From assembly GCF_026210795.1 (NCBI RefSeq), contig NC_089431.1, forward strand, positions 3,658,001 through 3,722,000: a DNA stretch of 64,000 nucleotides. Direction: 5' to 3'. The position numbers and the translations under genes were made by a program. Numbering within the stretch: position 1 is the stretch's first letter; the number at the start of each line of letters is the position of its first letter. The DNA comes from Rhizophagus irregularis. Lineage: Eukaryota. The notes beneath the pieces are model-generated. The model had not been told where the DNA came from and did not search any database. It saw only the letters and a program-made list of their open reading frames with translations. Below, piece by piece: positions 49,598 to 63,777 of this stretch.

Positions 49598-51618
49598 AAA
49601 GATTATTAATATCAATATCAAATTCTTTGGTGATATATTCTATATTATAAATTAAAAAATAAATTAAAATTATTATTCAGATACTGTAAAATTTAAAATA
49701 TTTTACATACCGTTATTTCGAGGTTGATCTAAATTTATATTAATATCTATTTCGATTTCTTTCGTAATGTAATCTAAGTAATTAGATTTACAGAATAATT
49801 AGAATTTTATTTAACTAAATAAAAATGGGTTATCATTTACCTGAATTTTTAGTTTTAAATAATTTTCCCTTTTTAATAATGCTTTGACCTAAATAATTTT
49901 TTTAAAAAAAAAGAAAAATTATTAAATAAAATTTTTGTTATTTTTTGTTATTTATTACAGTTGAGGATAAAATAAAAACATTGATCAATCTTTTATTAAA
50001 GTTGATGTAAAAAGTCTAATTTTATCATATATACTATCGTCATTACTGTCTTCAACTGAATCATTCTCGAACTTTCTTTTATCTTTAAAATAAATGATAA
50101 ACAATGGTATTAATAATAACATAAATAACATTAAACAATTATTTTTTTAAAAAAAATACCAGTAGATGCTATATTATTCTCCTGATAATAATAAAATGGA
50201 TCTATATAGTTGTTCAAAAATAAATTAAAGTCAAAATTATCCTTATAGTAAATATGTATCGTTAGTATCACAAAAATTTTACCAGTTTCTAAGTTAGTGT
50301 TAATGGATCGACTTCTTGAACTTTTTAAAGACATTGCGGAATGAATCATACGACTTAAAGGTCTACTCTTATAAATAGCACCTGGATTATTTTTTGCTAC
50401 AGGTCCAATATCTGATGATTTTATAATTTTAGTTGGATTTCTATAATAATAATTTTCCAGCTCATTTTTCCACATTTCTTCAATTTTCTCTAATATGTCG
50501 ATAGTTGTTGGTCTTTTCTTTGGATCAGAGTGCCAGCAATCTTTCATTAATTCAATAAATCCTTTAGGTGCATTTGTAACAATTGGTGGTCGTAAACCAT
50601 CACTTATATCAATAATAAGCTCTGTATCATGATCTCGATCCCAAAAAGGTCTTCTACCATTCGTAAACTCCCACATAATCATTCCGAAACTATATATATC
50701 TGAAGCTTCGGTATATTTCTGTCCTTGAAAAATCTCTGGTGCCATATAAGGAATAATGCCATAATTTTCATTTGTATTATCCGTAGATCCAGTTGCAGAT
50801 TTACTAATTCCCAGATCACCTATATACGCGAAATATTCACCAATAAAGATATTTCCACTATGTAAATCTCTGTGGATAATTTTTGTTTTATGCATATGTT
50901 TAAGTCCAATTATTATACACCTTAATTTATTCAACCTATTTTCCCAACTAATATTATAAAAGTCATTACTTATAAAATGTGTCATATCTCCTGATTTATA
51001 ATATGGCATAATTATCATATAATCTCTGGTAATAGGATCTCGAGTAATTCCAAGGTATTGACTAATGTTCAATTTAGATACGTTGCTATCCGAATAAATC
51101 TGATAAAATACCTTGAGCTAATTGAAAAAGTAATTAATTTTTATCGTTACATTTGAAGATTTAAAATATTACTTATAACGTACCTCATTCAGTTCCTTGG
51201 ATGTAATGTTTTTGGAATCGTTAAGTTTTTTAAGAACAACGGTATAATTATTTTTACGACCATTATCCAAATGATTATTTTTAAACTTAAACCAATCGTA
51301 AATTGGACCATTAATCCAGGTAGCTTTATAAATTTTACTAAATCCTCCTTCGGCAATAAATTCAATATTTTTGAGTTTATTATAATAAACAAACTCCAAT
51401 TCCCCTCCCAGTTCATTATTATTAGATTGTGTATATATGATAAAATCGTCAATAACATTGTTTCCACTTAATGTATACTTTCCACTTCGACATGCGTAAC
51501 AAAGCTGGTTGCTTTCATCTATTGTTTTTCTTATTTTACATTCATTACATTTTTTATGATCGATGTTGTCTGATACTAAGAAGTCAATTTTATGTTTATA
51601 ATTAATTGATTGTTCCAT
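49598..51618 (-). CDS. TKL-type protein kinase, apparently intact, with 3' micro-exons
   Basis: CNEC...CYAC, IAEGGFSKIYKATW, VVLK, HRDLHSGN, DLG, YMAPE, SDIYSFG, CWHSDPKKRP; last exon YITKEFDIDINNL. Confidence 0.9.
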
Positions 51619-51894
51619 TGTATCGACTTTTCCTAATTATTTGAGAAAGAAAATTATCAATATACACAATACGTTAAATATTTTTTCAATAGTAAAAGTT
51701 GACAAAAATTAACGAATTCTTTTTTCGGACTCTAAAAATTCTTATTAAAAATTTCTAACCGGAAATGTCAAATAACTGAAAATGAATTTTTAATGAGAAG
51801 TCCATAAAAGAATTCTAAGAATTTTATTGTTATGTGGTTCACATGTTTGATTGTTAATTTACTCCATAAAGTATTTAATTTGTTGATCATTTAA

Positions 51895-52276
51895 GGCCAC
51901 TCCAATTTAATAGTTTGTTTAACGTACCCCACCCCCCTCGTTTTTGAAAAATTTTTAAAAATAAACAAACATATGTTATATCACGTAACTTACAATAACA
52001 TCACCGATCTGTATAATATTTAAAAGAATTTCTTTCCAGTGCATTTGAATCTACCAAAGAAAATATTCCCAGTGGTATAATTAATAAAAGTAATATATGT
52101 AAACTTATTAATTACATTATCTGTAATAAACCAAGATGTATTTTTAGTAAAAATGCATTGAGTGATAAAGAAAAAACTATGTTCATTTTTAAATGTTTAC
52201 TTAATTTGACCCCCTCCCCCCCTTCAATTTTTATATAAAGTTAGGACGTTAAACAAACTATTAAATTGGAGTGGCC
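51895..52276. mobile_element. PIF/Harbinger (Tourist-like) MITE, 382 bp
   Basis: Perfect 31-bp TIR ggccactccaatttaatagtttgtttaacgt; TAA TSD at 51892-51894 and 52277-52279. Confidence 0.9.
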
Positions 52277-53532
52277 TAAATTACCGTTATGAGTAAAAAA
52301 GATAAACTAAAATTTGACGATTTCATAATGGTCATCACGTGAGGGCAGAGATATTCACGTGTTCGATCATAGAGCCGTGTCACTCATAAAGTATCATGTG
52401 ATTAACTATTTTCTTTCTTATGAGAAAACAGTACTCATAAATTAGAGATTTCCTTGTTGTCTATATAAAAAATAAACGAAGACCTATTAGACTTATGGTC
52501 ATTTATAAGCGGCATAGTTAATTACTGGCAAAAAATGAGCATGACAATGCGATAGGGTACATTTTATTATTTTAAATCTTTATTTATCCCTTAATAATTT
52601 AAAATGCACAAAAATACAAAATTACTTGCATTCCTTATAAAAAATTTATATTTGTATTCACTTTTTTTTTAATAATGTAATCCTGGTTAGTGTGTCAACT
52701 AAGACATCGACCCAATCACACAGTAAATACGTTAAAAAAGCGTACTTTTAAGTCATTGGTTAATCATAACTATTAAGAAATTAGAGAATATTACCCTAAC
52801 GATAATAGATAGTCCTTTTCATAGTCAATACCAATTATTGACCCCTACACAAATACTTCCATATTCCTGAAGCTTGAAAAACATCAAAAAGAAAGTTTGG
52901 GGAACATCGGAATGATTAAATTTACTTCAAATTTAGATTGATTTTTATTTTGATAAATGAATATTTTCAATTTTCAATGAAACTTTAAAATATTCTCACG
53001 AAATGAAGAATTCCGTTATCACATATTATAATTTATATTGATTTTTTTTTTTTGACGTAATAATTTGTAACACCCTGTAACAACTACTAGTAATACTTTT
53101 ATTAACGTGTAATAATTTTAAAATGTTTGCAAGTATTAATATCTTTATTAATTATTGTGTCGCAAACAATTAAATATTTTTATTAATATGTAAAAAATTT
53201 AAAATATTTCGCAAATATTAATTTTTTTTTTTATAGAAATTGATATATTTTTTTTTATTAATATTTAATAATTTTAATATATAATATAATACTTCGCAAA
53301 ACTTAATGAATTATTATTTCGGCAATTTATAATTAATTTCGTCGTACTTTTATATGTTCAATACCGTTGCTCTTTGAGTGGTGTTTGCACAATCTTAAAA
53401 ACATTTAACAGCGACATAAACACTTCATAAATTTACTAGAAAAAGGTTAGAACCAAAATATGGCCAAAAAACAAAAAATATCAAAAAAAAATTTTTTTGT
53501 GTTATTTTGTTAATTTAACGAGTGAATATATC

Positions 53533-54000
53533 GGGTTTACCACAAATCCCGTTGAAATAAAATCCCGATAGTCACAAATTCTGACAGTTAAAAATCTTGA
53601 CAGTCAAAATCCCAAAATTTTAAAATAAAAAATTATATAAATTTTCCATAATTTTAACGCAATAACGGGCTAATTTATTCGATATAATACTGATATAATT
53701 AAAATATAATCTGTAAATTTTATTAATACCAATGCAAATTTTATTAATATTAATGTAAATTAACTAACGTTACTATATTATTAGTTAAAAGGATTATGTA
53801 TAGTATATTACTAGATTACTAAACTTAGTAAAACTATTCATTATTTTCTAAATTAGAAATAATTGCATTAAAAAAATTACGTAATCACAAATTCATCTGA
53901 TCGAATCTCAGACAGGTCAAGATTTTAGATCATCGGATTCTGTGGCTGAAAGGATTATAGACTGTTGATATTATGGGTGTCAGGATTTTTGGGTGATCCC
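53533..54000. mobile_element. Mutator-like MITE, 468 bp
   Basis: TIRs gggtttaccacaaatcc and ggatttttgggtgatccc; 9-bp TSD gaatatatc at 53524-53532 and 54001-54009. Confidence 0.85.
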
Positions 54001-55189
54001 GAATATATCATATATTTTTCAATATTGCAAAAAAAAATCTTATAAAATTTATAAAATTCGTGAGTAGTTAACTAAAATATAAGGTGGTTCCAAAGTAAAC
54101 TTTTTCTTTGTCGTTTAAATTTGATCATTGATTGTTGATTTTGTGGAACATCAAAATAATGTCACTTCCGTACCTGATCTGCTGGATCTTCAAATTTAGT
54201 TAGAAAAATAAATTTCGGTTTTAATATTTTTTATTTTAATATACTGTGAGGTACAATCAAAATTTTATCACAAAAATTATATTTTATTCTAAAATTATTA
54301 TTTTATTTTATTCATTTGTGTTTTTAATTTTGTCATAGTAACCACAGTTGTAATGTAATAAACACAGTAACATAAACTATTTATTATAACCAATAATTAC
54401 TAATAATGAATTCCATACGAATATTACATATAAAATGGATTTGGAAAATATCATTGCCTTTGCATATGTATATTCTTCTTTCAGTTATTATTATACAGTA
54501 TCTTTTAGTGAATTAAATTATCTTGTAAGATGAAATTACCTAGTAAATTATAGCACCAATAATTTTTAAATCAGAAATATTAAAAATAAAATTTTAAATT
54601 TAAATAAAATATTATGAGGTGCACCAAAGAAATTTAATATTAAATTCAATTAGAAAACTCTTACTTAATAAATTTCAACATATAAATTACATGAGTATTA
54701 TGAAATAGCCAAGATTTTTGCAGGTCACGTTAAGATTGACAATAATAGCTGTTTATCTTTTATTGTTTTAGATAATCACGTACATTCATACATTCGTATC
54801 ACCTTGCATTACAGTGAAATTATTCAAATAACAAATGACAGCCAATTTCGCAAATGATCTACGTCTTTGTTGATCAACAATATAATTTTGGTCCACATTA
54901 TACTTTAATTTTTTTTCAATTAAATTCATGTGATAAGATATCAACCAATCAAAATTAAAAAGACAAAATAACAAAATAATTATGAATAATAACAAATGAT
55001 TCTTCATATACTGCATTAGCGCAGGCTTATAAACCAAATAATTAACCGCAGTATGATACGCAATATAATGATTTACTGTATGACAAATAGAGTAACCGTA
55101 GCACCAATGTTTTTTGTACTTATATTAAGATTTTATAGCTTTTTAGCTTTGTTTGAATAAAACAAAAAAATTTTCTTTTCAAACCAATA

Positions 55190-57433
55190 ATGTCTTTAAA
55201 TAACATTTCAAAGGATGATGAAAATTTTTTAAAAAACTTTTTAAAAGGTTTTTATCGTCAAATTATAAATATAGAGAATTATACTAAATATGAAAATATT
55301 TTATCAGAATGGATACAAGAATTCCTTATTTATAATGGAAAAAATCCTGAAATAATTTTAAAATTAATGAAAGATCATAAAGAAAATGAAAATTGGTTCT
55401 CATGTTTGATAGGATTTTTTTATGAGAGTGATATAGTAAATACTATTACAATTGATAAAAATGAATCTTTTAACTTATATTTATTATCAATTAATAAATA
55501 TGAAAAAAATGAAAATAATAATTTAACTTCCATGTATCAATTACTTAATATCATTATTTCAAAACATTTATTATCATTATCTTATTATAAAGATATTTTA
55601 TATAATAAATATTCAATTGCAAAGGAGTTTAAACATTTAGAAAATATGAATACGATGTCTTATTACCAGTTTGAAAATTTTAATGGATTAGAAATAAATT
55701 TGTGTAAAGATGAGTTGAATAATATGGAAAAATATTTTGATTTATTAGATAAAAATTCCATTGAACGTAACATTAATAAGAAAGAGTTAGATGATCTTGG
55801 TTATTATTATCAATATGGAATAGAAAGAAAGAAAGATGAATTTAAAGCATTTGAATTTTATCTGAAATTAGCAGAAGAAGGAAATTTAAGTGCACAGAAT
55901 AATTTAGGTTATTGTTATCAAAATGGAATTGGAATAAAAAAAGATGAAAAAAAAGCGTTTGAATGGTATTTAAAAGCTGCTGATGAAGGAGATATATATG
56001 CACAATATAATTTAGGTATTTGTTACCAAAATGGAATAGGAATTAACAAAGATGATCAGAAAGCTTTTGAATGGTATTTTAAATCTGCTAAAGAATATTC
56101 ACAAGCACAAAATATATTAGGTAATTATTATCAAAATGAAATTGGAGTAAAAAAAGATTTAGAAGAATCCATTTATTGGTATAAAAAAGCAGCAGAAAAT
56201 GGAAATAAATTTGCACAATATAATTTGGGTAAATGTTATGAAAATGAAAAAGGAGTAGAAAAAGATGAAATTAAAGCTTTTAAATTATATAAAAAATCAG
56301 CTGAACAAGAATATAAAGATGCACAATTTCAACTTGGAAATTGTTATGACCAAGGAATTGGAACTGAAGTTAATAAAACAAAAGCATTTGAGATGTATAA
56401 AATAGCAGCAGAAAAAGAGCATGATATTGCACAGAATAATTTAGGATCATTATTTGTGTATGGTAAAGGTACGAAAAAAGATTATAAACAAGCCTTTTAT
56501 TGGTATAATAAAGCAGCAAATAATGGAAACAAATTTGCACAATACAATCTTGCGGAATGCTATATATATGGATGTGGAGTTGAAAAAGATGAAACTAAAG
56601 CTTTTGAATATTTTAAAAAATCATCTGATCAAGGTTATTTAGACGCTCAAGTTCAACTTGGATATTGTTATGACCAAGGATTTGGAACTGAAGTTAATAG
56701 AACAAAAGCATTTGAGATATCTAAAATAGCAGCCGAAAAAGGACATGTAGTAGCACAATATAATTTAGGAGAATATTATGAATTAGGTGTTGGTATAAAT
56801 AGGAATGAAGTTAAAGCATTTGAATATTATGAAAAATCGGCTAAAAGTGGATATTTAGAAGCAAAATTTATACTTGGATATTACTATGTAAATGGAATTG
56901 GAACTGAAATTAATAAAGAAAAAGGTTTTGAATTATATAATGAGGCAACTGGTAAAAGTAGTAATGTTGAAAATATTTTATGTAAAAATGAGGATGAAAT
57001 AGATGATGATTTGGGTAAAGTTAATTATTGGTATCATAAATCTGCAGAAAATGACAATAAACTTGCATTGTATAAATTAGGGGAATATCATGAATTAGGA
57101 AAAGGTATTTGTAAAAATACAATGCGAGCAATTGAATTTTATAAAAAATCAGCTGATCAAGGATTTGCAGACGCTTATTATAAACTTGGACATCTTTATA
57201 GTAATAATGGAATTCAATTTGATATTAGTAAGGAGAAAGTATGTGAATTATATAAAATAGCTGCAGAAGGAGGAAATGTTGAAGCACAAAAAAGTCTTGC
57301 ATCTTTATATGGGCGAGGTGAAGGAACTGAAAAAAATATTGAATTGGCTATTTATTGGTATAATAAGGCTGCAGAAAATGGATGTCAAGAATCCAAAGAT
57401 AACCTAGATATTTTATTAGAAGAGCAAGAATGA
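55190..57433 (+). CDS. Sel1-like repeat protein, 747 aa, intronless
   Basis: More than ten ~36-aa repeats of the form AQYNLGxCYxxGxGVxKDxxKAFEWYxKAAExG. Confidence 0.95.
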   Translation: MSLNNISKDDENFLKNFLKGFYRQIINIENYTKYENILSEWIQEFLIYNGKNPEIILKLMKDHKENENWFSCLIGFFYESDIVNTITIDKNESFNLYLLSINKYEKNENNNLTSMYQLLNIIISKHLLSLSYYKDILYNKYSIAKEFKHLENMNTMSYYQFENFNGLEINLCKDELNNMEKYFDLLDKNSIERNINKKELDDLGYYYQYGIERKKDEFKAFEFYLKLAEEGNLSAQNNLGYCYQNGIGIKKDEKKAFEWYLKAADEGDIYAQYNLGICYQNGIGINKDDQKAFEWYFKSAKEYSQAQNILGNYYQNEIGVKKDLEESIYWYKKAAENGNKFAQYNLGKCYENEKGVEKDEIKAFKLYKKSAEQEYKDAQFQLGNCYDQGIGTEVNKTKAFEMYKIAAEKEHDIAQNNLGSLFVYGKGTKKDYKQAFYWYNKAANNGNKFAQYNLAECYIYGCGVEKDETKAFEYFKKSSDQGYLDAQVQLGYCYDQGFGTEVNRTKAFEISKIAAEKGHVVAQYNLGEYYELGVGINRNEVKAFEYYEKSAKSGYLEAKFILGYYYVNGIGTEINKEKGFELYNEATGKSSNVENILCKNEDEIDDDLGKVNYWYHKSAENDNKLALYKLGEYHELGKGICKNTMRAIEFYKKSADQGFADAYYKLGHLYSNNGIQFDISKEKVCELYKIAAEGGNVEAQKSLASLYGRGEGTEKNIELAIYWYNKAAENGCQESKDNLDILLEEQE

Positions 57434-58059
57434 AGTATTAAAATAATAACAACCGTAAATACTTGGTTATCACCCATCTCAAGATGGAATATTTTATTGT
57501 CTTTAATTTCATATAACTTTATATTTTATTAGCAATGTATACATTTTTATTAATAAAATTTTATTAAGTAATTCACTTAAAGCTAAAATATTAACGTGTG
57601 CTATTTATTACATTTAATTGTATCAATAACTATCTATCACTAGTATGCTTCAAAATAAAAATTTAAAAAAAAATCTAAAGTTCCAAATAATGTAGATCAT
57701 TGTATTTTATCATTTCAAACTGAAGTTACATAAATTAAAATAAGAATCGCGATAGCAGTTGCTACAAGAATGGGGACAACTGTAACTTGAAGTTTCTTCA
57801 TATCTTAAATATTTTCTTCATGTTTTTTTTATTCTTGCTTTTCCTTTAACACTTTTACAGCTGATTCGATTTTTGTATGCTTGGAATATTAGCAAGTGGC
57901 TTTAATTGTAAGATTAGATTCAGAATGTATAATTTCTTTTTTGGTTATAGTTTAGAATGGTTAAGTTTAGTTTGTTCAAGTTGTTATTCCATAGTTTTAA
58001 TATACTACTATTCCATCTAAATTACATCATTACATAAATGTTCATTTGAATTAGTAAAT

Positions 58060-58760
58060 TATAAACATCCGATAAGTTTTTAAAACCAGAAATATTAAAA
58101 ATTAAATTTAAATTTAAATAAATATCGTAAAGTGCACAAAAAAATATTACACGAAAGCTTTTTTTTAATATTAATTCACTAACAATTAATAAATTATAAA
58201 ATCTACTTACTAAGTTAACTTATAAATTAAGTAATTATCACATAAAATAATCAATATTTCTACAAGAATTAAACTTTAATTGATTGATATATTGAAAAAC
58301 TTCCCCGGAAAACAAATTTTGAGATATCGATTTTAAATTATAAATATAATGTAGGGGTCACGAATCATATTATACGAAGTTAATTTGGCTCAAGTTCTAT
58401 AAACTAATTATTAGGCGCAGTGTACGCAGTGATGATCCATCGTATGACAAACAAGTGTAACTGTAGCAGAACTTTCTTTGAATACAATTATTTTTTCTGA
58501 CGTCAAACATTACAAAAGATGACGAAACTTTCTTAAAAGATTTTTTAAATATAAAAAATTACACTAAATATAGTACATATCATTGATAAGAACAAATCTT
58601 TTGAATCATATTTATTATTAATTAATAAGTATAATAAATTCCATGTATCAATTACTTATATTATTATTCAAAATATCTATTATCATTCCACTATTATAAA
58701 GATATTTTATATTGTAATAAATATTCCATCGCAAAGGAGTTTAAATATTTAGAGTATGCA
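58060..58760 (+). pseudogene. Deleted duplicate of the Sel1 gene upstream region and 5' end
   Basis: cagaaatattaaaaa(t)taaa matches ~54572; KDDETFLKDF matches KDDENFLKNF; ttccatgtatcaattactta...tattataaagatattttata...gcaaaggagtttaaa matches 55528-55633. Confidence 0.75.
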
Positions 58761-60487
58761 AAAAAAGCAAAGGTGATTACAAGATAATATTAAATGAACT
58801 ATTTGATTGAATAGAATAAATTTCAAACTAGTTTTGTGAACATTTCTTTCTTAAAACTATAATATATTGTACAGATTTATCGTCTGCAAGACATTATATT
58901 ACAAACTCCCCTTAATTCTGGTCTCGCTTATTTTCTAAATTCAAATTTGGGATCAATCTCGATTACTTAGAAATTAAGAGTTACTTTTTGAACTTTACCT
59001 GAGAAACTCTATATAAACTTCTACCGAAATCATGACTATTTTAACTTCTCTTTAAAAAAAGTTTCCATTTAGATTAGTATTTCTAATTTATTCTTAATCC
59101 TATAGCCAATTCTTTATTATTGGTATCTTATGCATGTAATAATCAAACAAATATAAATGAAAGTTAGGAAATTCATATTTAAAAAATGCTTAGAAGTATG
59201 CTTAGAGTTACATTTGAAGATTACTCAGTTTGTAATAGTTGAACTTATAGTCAACCTTATAATAAGCAGACCACATCGTGTTTAGAAATTGATTTTAAAT
59301 AAAAATTTATTAACTATGCTACAACAAATAAACTTTATCTTATAACGTTAACAAATTTAAAAAAAATCAAGTTTTACAATAAAGTTATTCAAAATAGGTT
59401 CAATTAATTTACTCGAGTTTATATTGCATACTATTCTTTAATAATATTCATAAATATCTATAATATAATTATTTGTATTAATATAATAATAGACGTGCTG
59501 CATTTAACTATTAGTCAAATTAATTAAAACTTTATTAAATTTGTCGAGGTGGGATTATACACTATATGACCATATAGATTTGGTTTAGTCCAAGAAATAA
59601 TGCTGACTTCCCAGACCGAAACCAGATTGAACTGGACCAATCCAATGATGTGAAATTTTAACTTACAATTAAAGAGACAAATTCTATACTATCATTAACA
59701 CGTATAGCAAATATGCAGTACCTGTTTAAATATACAATAATTATATATTATCGGTTTGACGGTTTGACGGGACCACTCATGCAATTTTTATATTATTATG
59801 CTAATACATAGAAATATGAGATAACCGACCTAAATAACAATTATGTAAAATCTGCATGAACTTATGAGAATAACTGATAATTTTGAATAAAAATAAACGT
59901 AGCAACGAATAAATAAATATAGTAAATATACTTTTTAAGTCGTATTTTTAGAATATATAATCATGGTACACTAATTCGATTTTAATCGAACCAAAACATT
60001 ATCATCTACTCGACCAATGATTAATTATACTTTATTCAATTAAGAATCTATACAAATTATACTATTATAGTTTATATGAAAAATTATGGATATTTTATTT
60101 ATTATATTGAAACCTGTTAATATATTTTTTAAATTAATCACTGAAATATCAAATAAAATTGGTTTTTGTATAGATACAGTATATTGATAAGATACAAAAT
60201 TTACAGTTATGCTCAAACAGGATCACAACATAAATGAATTAGCAGTTCACACAGTTTACTTGTAAACATGCTTTTTAACCGAGTGTTTTATCATAAAATA
60301 AATACTGTGCAGCACTAACATTTAATTCTTCAAATTGTTTAATTTATATTTTTATTGTTTGAATAAATAGTAATTGGTGAATTGATACAATTATTTATTT
60401 TAGTTAGGTTCAAAACAATATACTTGAAACTCAAACTGCTATAATTAAAGTAGTAAAATAATTCAAATAATTACTCTAATTTCTTCA

Positions 60488-62407
60488 TTATTTCTTAGGA
60501 ATTGCTTTTATTTTATATTTCTTATTGCGCTTCGAAACTGCCCACGGACTCGTAGGTGCATTACCCCATAGGCCCCACGAACTAGTAGGTTCATTACCCC
60601 ATGATCGAGTAGGTTCATTATCCCATGAACTAGTAGGTTCCTTGTCCCATGAAGTAGAAGGTTCCTTATCCCATGAAGTAGAAGGTTCCTTATCCCATGA
60701 AGTAGAAGGTTCCTTATCCCATGAAGTAGAAGGTTCCTTATCCCATGAAGTGGAAGGTTCCTTATCCCATGAAATAGTAGGTTCCTTATCCCATGAACTA
60801 ATAGGTTCATTACCCGGTTTATTACTCCATGAACCCTTGGGAGGTGCATAATTGGCTTTATTCCGCTTGCTTGAGATTAGTGTCTCCCATGATATATTAT
60901 TCCATGAACTAGGAGGTTCATTATCCCATTCCGTAGAAGGTTCATTATCCCATTCCGTAGTAGGTTCATTATCCCATTCCGTAGTAGGTTCATTATCCCA
61001 TGAACTAATAGGTGGTTTATTACTCCATGATCCCTTGGTATGTGCATAATTGGCTTTATTCTGCTTGCTTAAGATTAGTATCTTCTTAGGAGGTATATTA
61101 TTCCATGAACTAGTAGGCTCATTACCCGGTTTATTACTCCATGAACCCTTGGGAGGTGCATAATTGGCTTTATTCTTGCTTGAAATTAGCGCCTCACGTG
61201 GACCCTTAGGAAGTGCATTATCCCGTGAACTCTTAGGAGGTGCATGATTCCATAAACTAGAAGTTTCATTATGTCGTGATATAGGCTGTAAAATAAAATA
61301 ATTCAATAAATTTAATTAATACCTCCTTTAAATCTTTAAAGCAAGTTCAAAAAATATAATTTTAATGAAATATTATTATACCTTTCTTTCGTCATCAATA
61401 GTCGCAGCAGAAGTCGGTAACAATTCTTTAGGTATACGGGGCTTTGATTTATGATTGATCTTACTATCAGGATGCAAATCTAAAAAGCTTTTTAATAAAT
61501 CAACAAATAATTCCTCTGGTAAAACTTCCTTATAAGGTAGAATCTTGTTCGAAAATTCTTTAGAAGTTAAATTATGGAATCGTACAAAAGGAATGCATTG
61601 TTGTAAGGTATTTTTTAAAGAATTAAAATCTTCTTTTGAATAATTAGAAGGATCTGAAGAAAGCTCAAGATTTTGTGCAAGTCCCCATTTAAGAACATTC
61701 TCCCATACTTTAATTTCGTCCATTTGAAGATTATCGCTTTTAATAAGTGATATCAAAATTTTTTCTGGAATTGAAGAGAAATCTATTGATTTGAATATCT
61801 TATCTGGGTTTTTGGAAATTAAATTAGTGCAATATTCTTGAAGTTCTAAGAGTGAATCATTTTCAAAACTCGTTTGATATACCAAACTAAAATTTTGTTC
61901 TATCCAGCTTGTTTTGTAATTAATCAAAAAAGATTGTGTATAGATAACCAACTCCTGAAGGTTCAATTCACTAGCAGCAACTATGATTTTAATAATATCT
62001 AAATTATCATAATTTTTCAAAGATGGTTCTCCGCCATAAATATACCTAAAAAAAAAATAAGATTAATAAAAATATATAGAAATATAAATTCAATATATTT
62101 ATAAAACGCATAAATAATAAATTTGTTAAATTTATTTTATTATTCACTACCTTAAAATTGTTTGAAAAATTTCAGGTGAAATATTTGGTAATTTAATGTG
62201 TACCAAAGTTCCATCATTTTTCTTTTTATTAGTTGACAAAATTCTTCGCAAATAAGAAGAACGATAATTCAATATAACCATATGTGAACGAAATATTTTT
62301 ACGTAAGGATCATTTCCAACTTCAATAGTAATATCATAATATTCGTCATCATCTAAAATATCGAGTAAATTTTGTGATAATTTTTGTAATAATTTATTAT
62401 CATCCAT
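60488..62407 (-). CDS. BTB/POZ-BACK protein with EPSTSWDK 8-aa repeat tail
   Basis: ATG 62407; ORFs 62147-62536, 61376-62020 and 60488-61306; BTB-BACK nearly identical to the 34835 gene. Confidence 0.85.
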
Positions 62408-63589
62408 TTTTTTTTTAAAAAAAAAAAAAAGTTGTCGCAAGAGAAAAAGAAAACTTGCCTTATATGTAAATTTTATGTTACTCAATTTTGGTGTGAAAAT
62501 CGGAAAAAAGGTTTTCCTTTTTTTTTTGTAGTACATTAAATCGCATTTTTTTAATGAGAATATCTTTTCTTTTTTTAGATAATGCCGACCAGAGTGGCAT
62601 TATGCATCTCCGACCAGAATTAAGATGCGTAAAGCTACTAATAGTAAATGTGCGCCGATCACTTGTTACCATTTGCTCGGGAAATCCTGTAAAAAATAAT
62701 GCCTAAAATCCATAAATAAATATATAAATTAGCCAATAGTAATTATGATCTGTGTTTATAAAAAAAAGATCATAATTTCTATTGGCTATTTATTTAGAAT
62801 TTTTAACCATGCTAGGATTGAGATTAGAACTATTAAACATCAATAAATAAATAAATCATGATCACGTCCCTGGCCCTTGACCATAGGGTCTCTGGTCCAT
62901 GAGCAAAGATTTGTAATTTTGTATACAATGCAACGTACATAACAATCAAAGTTGTCGATGAGACAGAATATGCAGTTTTATCACGTGCTATAACTAATGA
63001 TGCTGTTTTGTTAAAATAGTAGAAAATTCTAAAGTGATTTATTTTATAGAAGAGGAACTATTAAAGTTTCCTTACATGATAAGATAATCATAGGATATTA
63101 AAAATTCCTTAAATCATTTGAAAAGTTTCATGGCAGGTAATATATTTATTTAATAACTAATTTGTACCAAAATTTCTCTTTATTATCAATTGATAAAATT
63201 ATATAATAATTTTTAATGGTTAATAGTAATATCGAGTAATATCACAATATTTGTTGCCATAAATTTAAAGTGAATCTTTTTATCATTTATTTATATTAGG
63301 ATTAATACTAAGAGTGATTAAAAAATGTCGTAAAGGAACTAAGTATTATATACAGAAATTTGATGTTACATAGAATTAAAGCATAAGCATTTACTACCAT
63401 TTCTAGAGAAAACGCTTTTTTCCGTATTTTTTATTCTTTCGTGTAGAACAAATCACAAACTTATCAAGAAAGAACATTTTCGATTCAAAGTCTGATCTTC
63501 TATCTTGTCTCGACTTATAGCATAACTTTAAATTAACTATTTTTTTACCACTTTATTTTTAGCAGGCACCATTACATCTTTAGCTTTAT

Positions 63590-63777
63590 TTATATTTTAT
63601 TTTTGAGAATTGACATTAGAAGTTGAAGGTCCTGGATAACATGGCGTAGAAGGAGACGGGAATAGGGGAAGTGACCGAACAACGAGTTTTTTTTAGCCAT
63701 ACGGGGCATTGATTTATGATTTAGCCTGCCATCAGGATGTAAATTTAAAAGGAATTCGCTTCCTATAGGGTAGAAAA
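63590..63777 (-). pseudogene. 3' fragment of another BTB-BACK gene, interrupted by a MITE
   Basis: LPYRK...FLNLHPDGRLNHKSMPRMAKK...PSTPCYPGPSTSNVNSQK resembles the linker of the 31940 gene. Confidence 0.6.

Noticed and set aside
57715..58000. Minus-strand fragment ending in a hydrophobic stretch (VVPILVATAIAILILIYV)
   Set aside because: Multiple stops and no recognisable family.
59575..59780. cggtttga/accga motifs suggesting a hAT terminus
   Set aside because: Only one plausible end; no paired TIR or TSD found.
60508..61049. Overlapping ORFs HGIRNLLL and SLSHEVEG
   Set aside because: Alternative-frame and antisense shadows of the 24-bp EPSTSWDK repeat.
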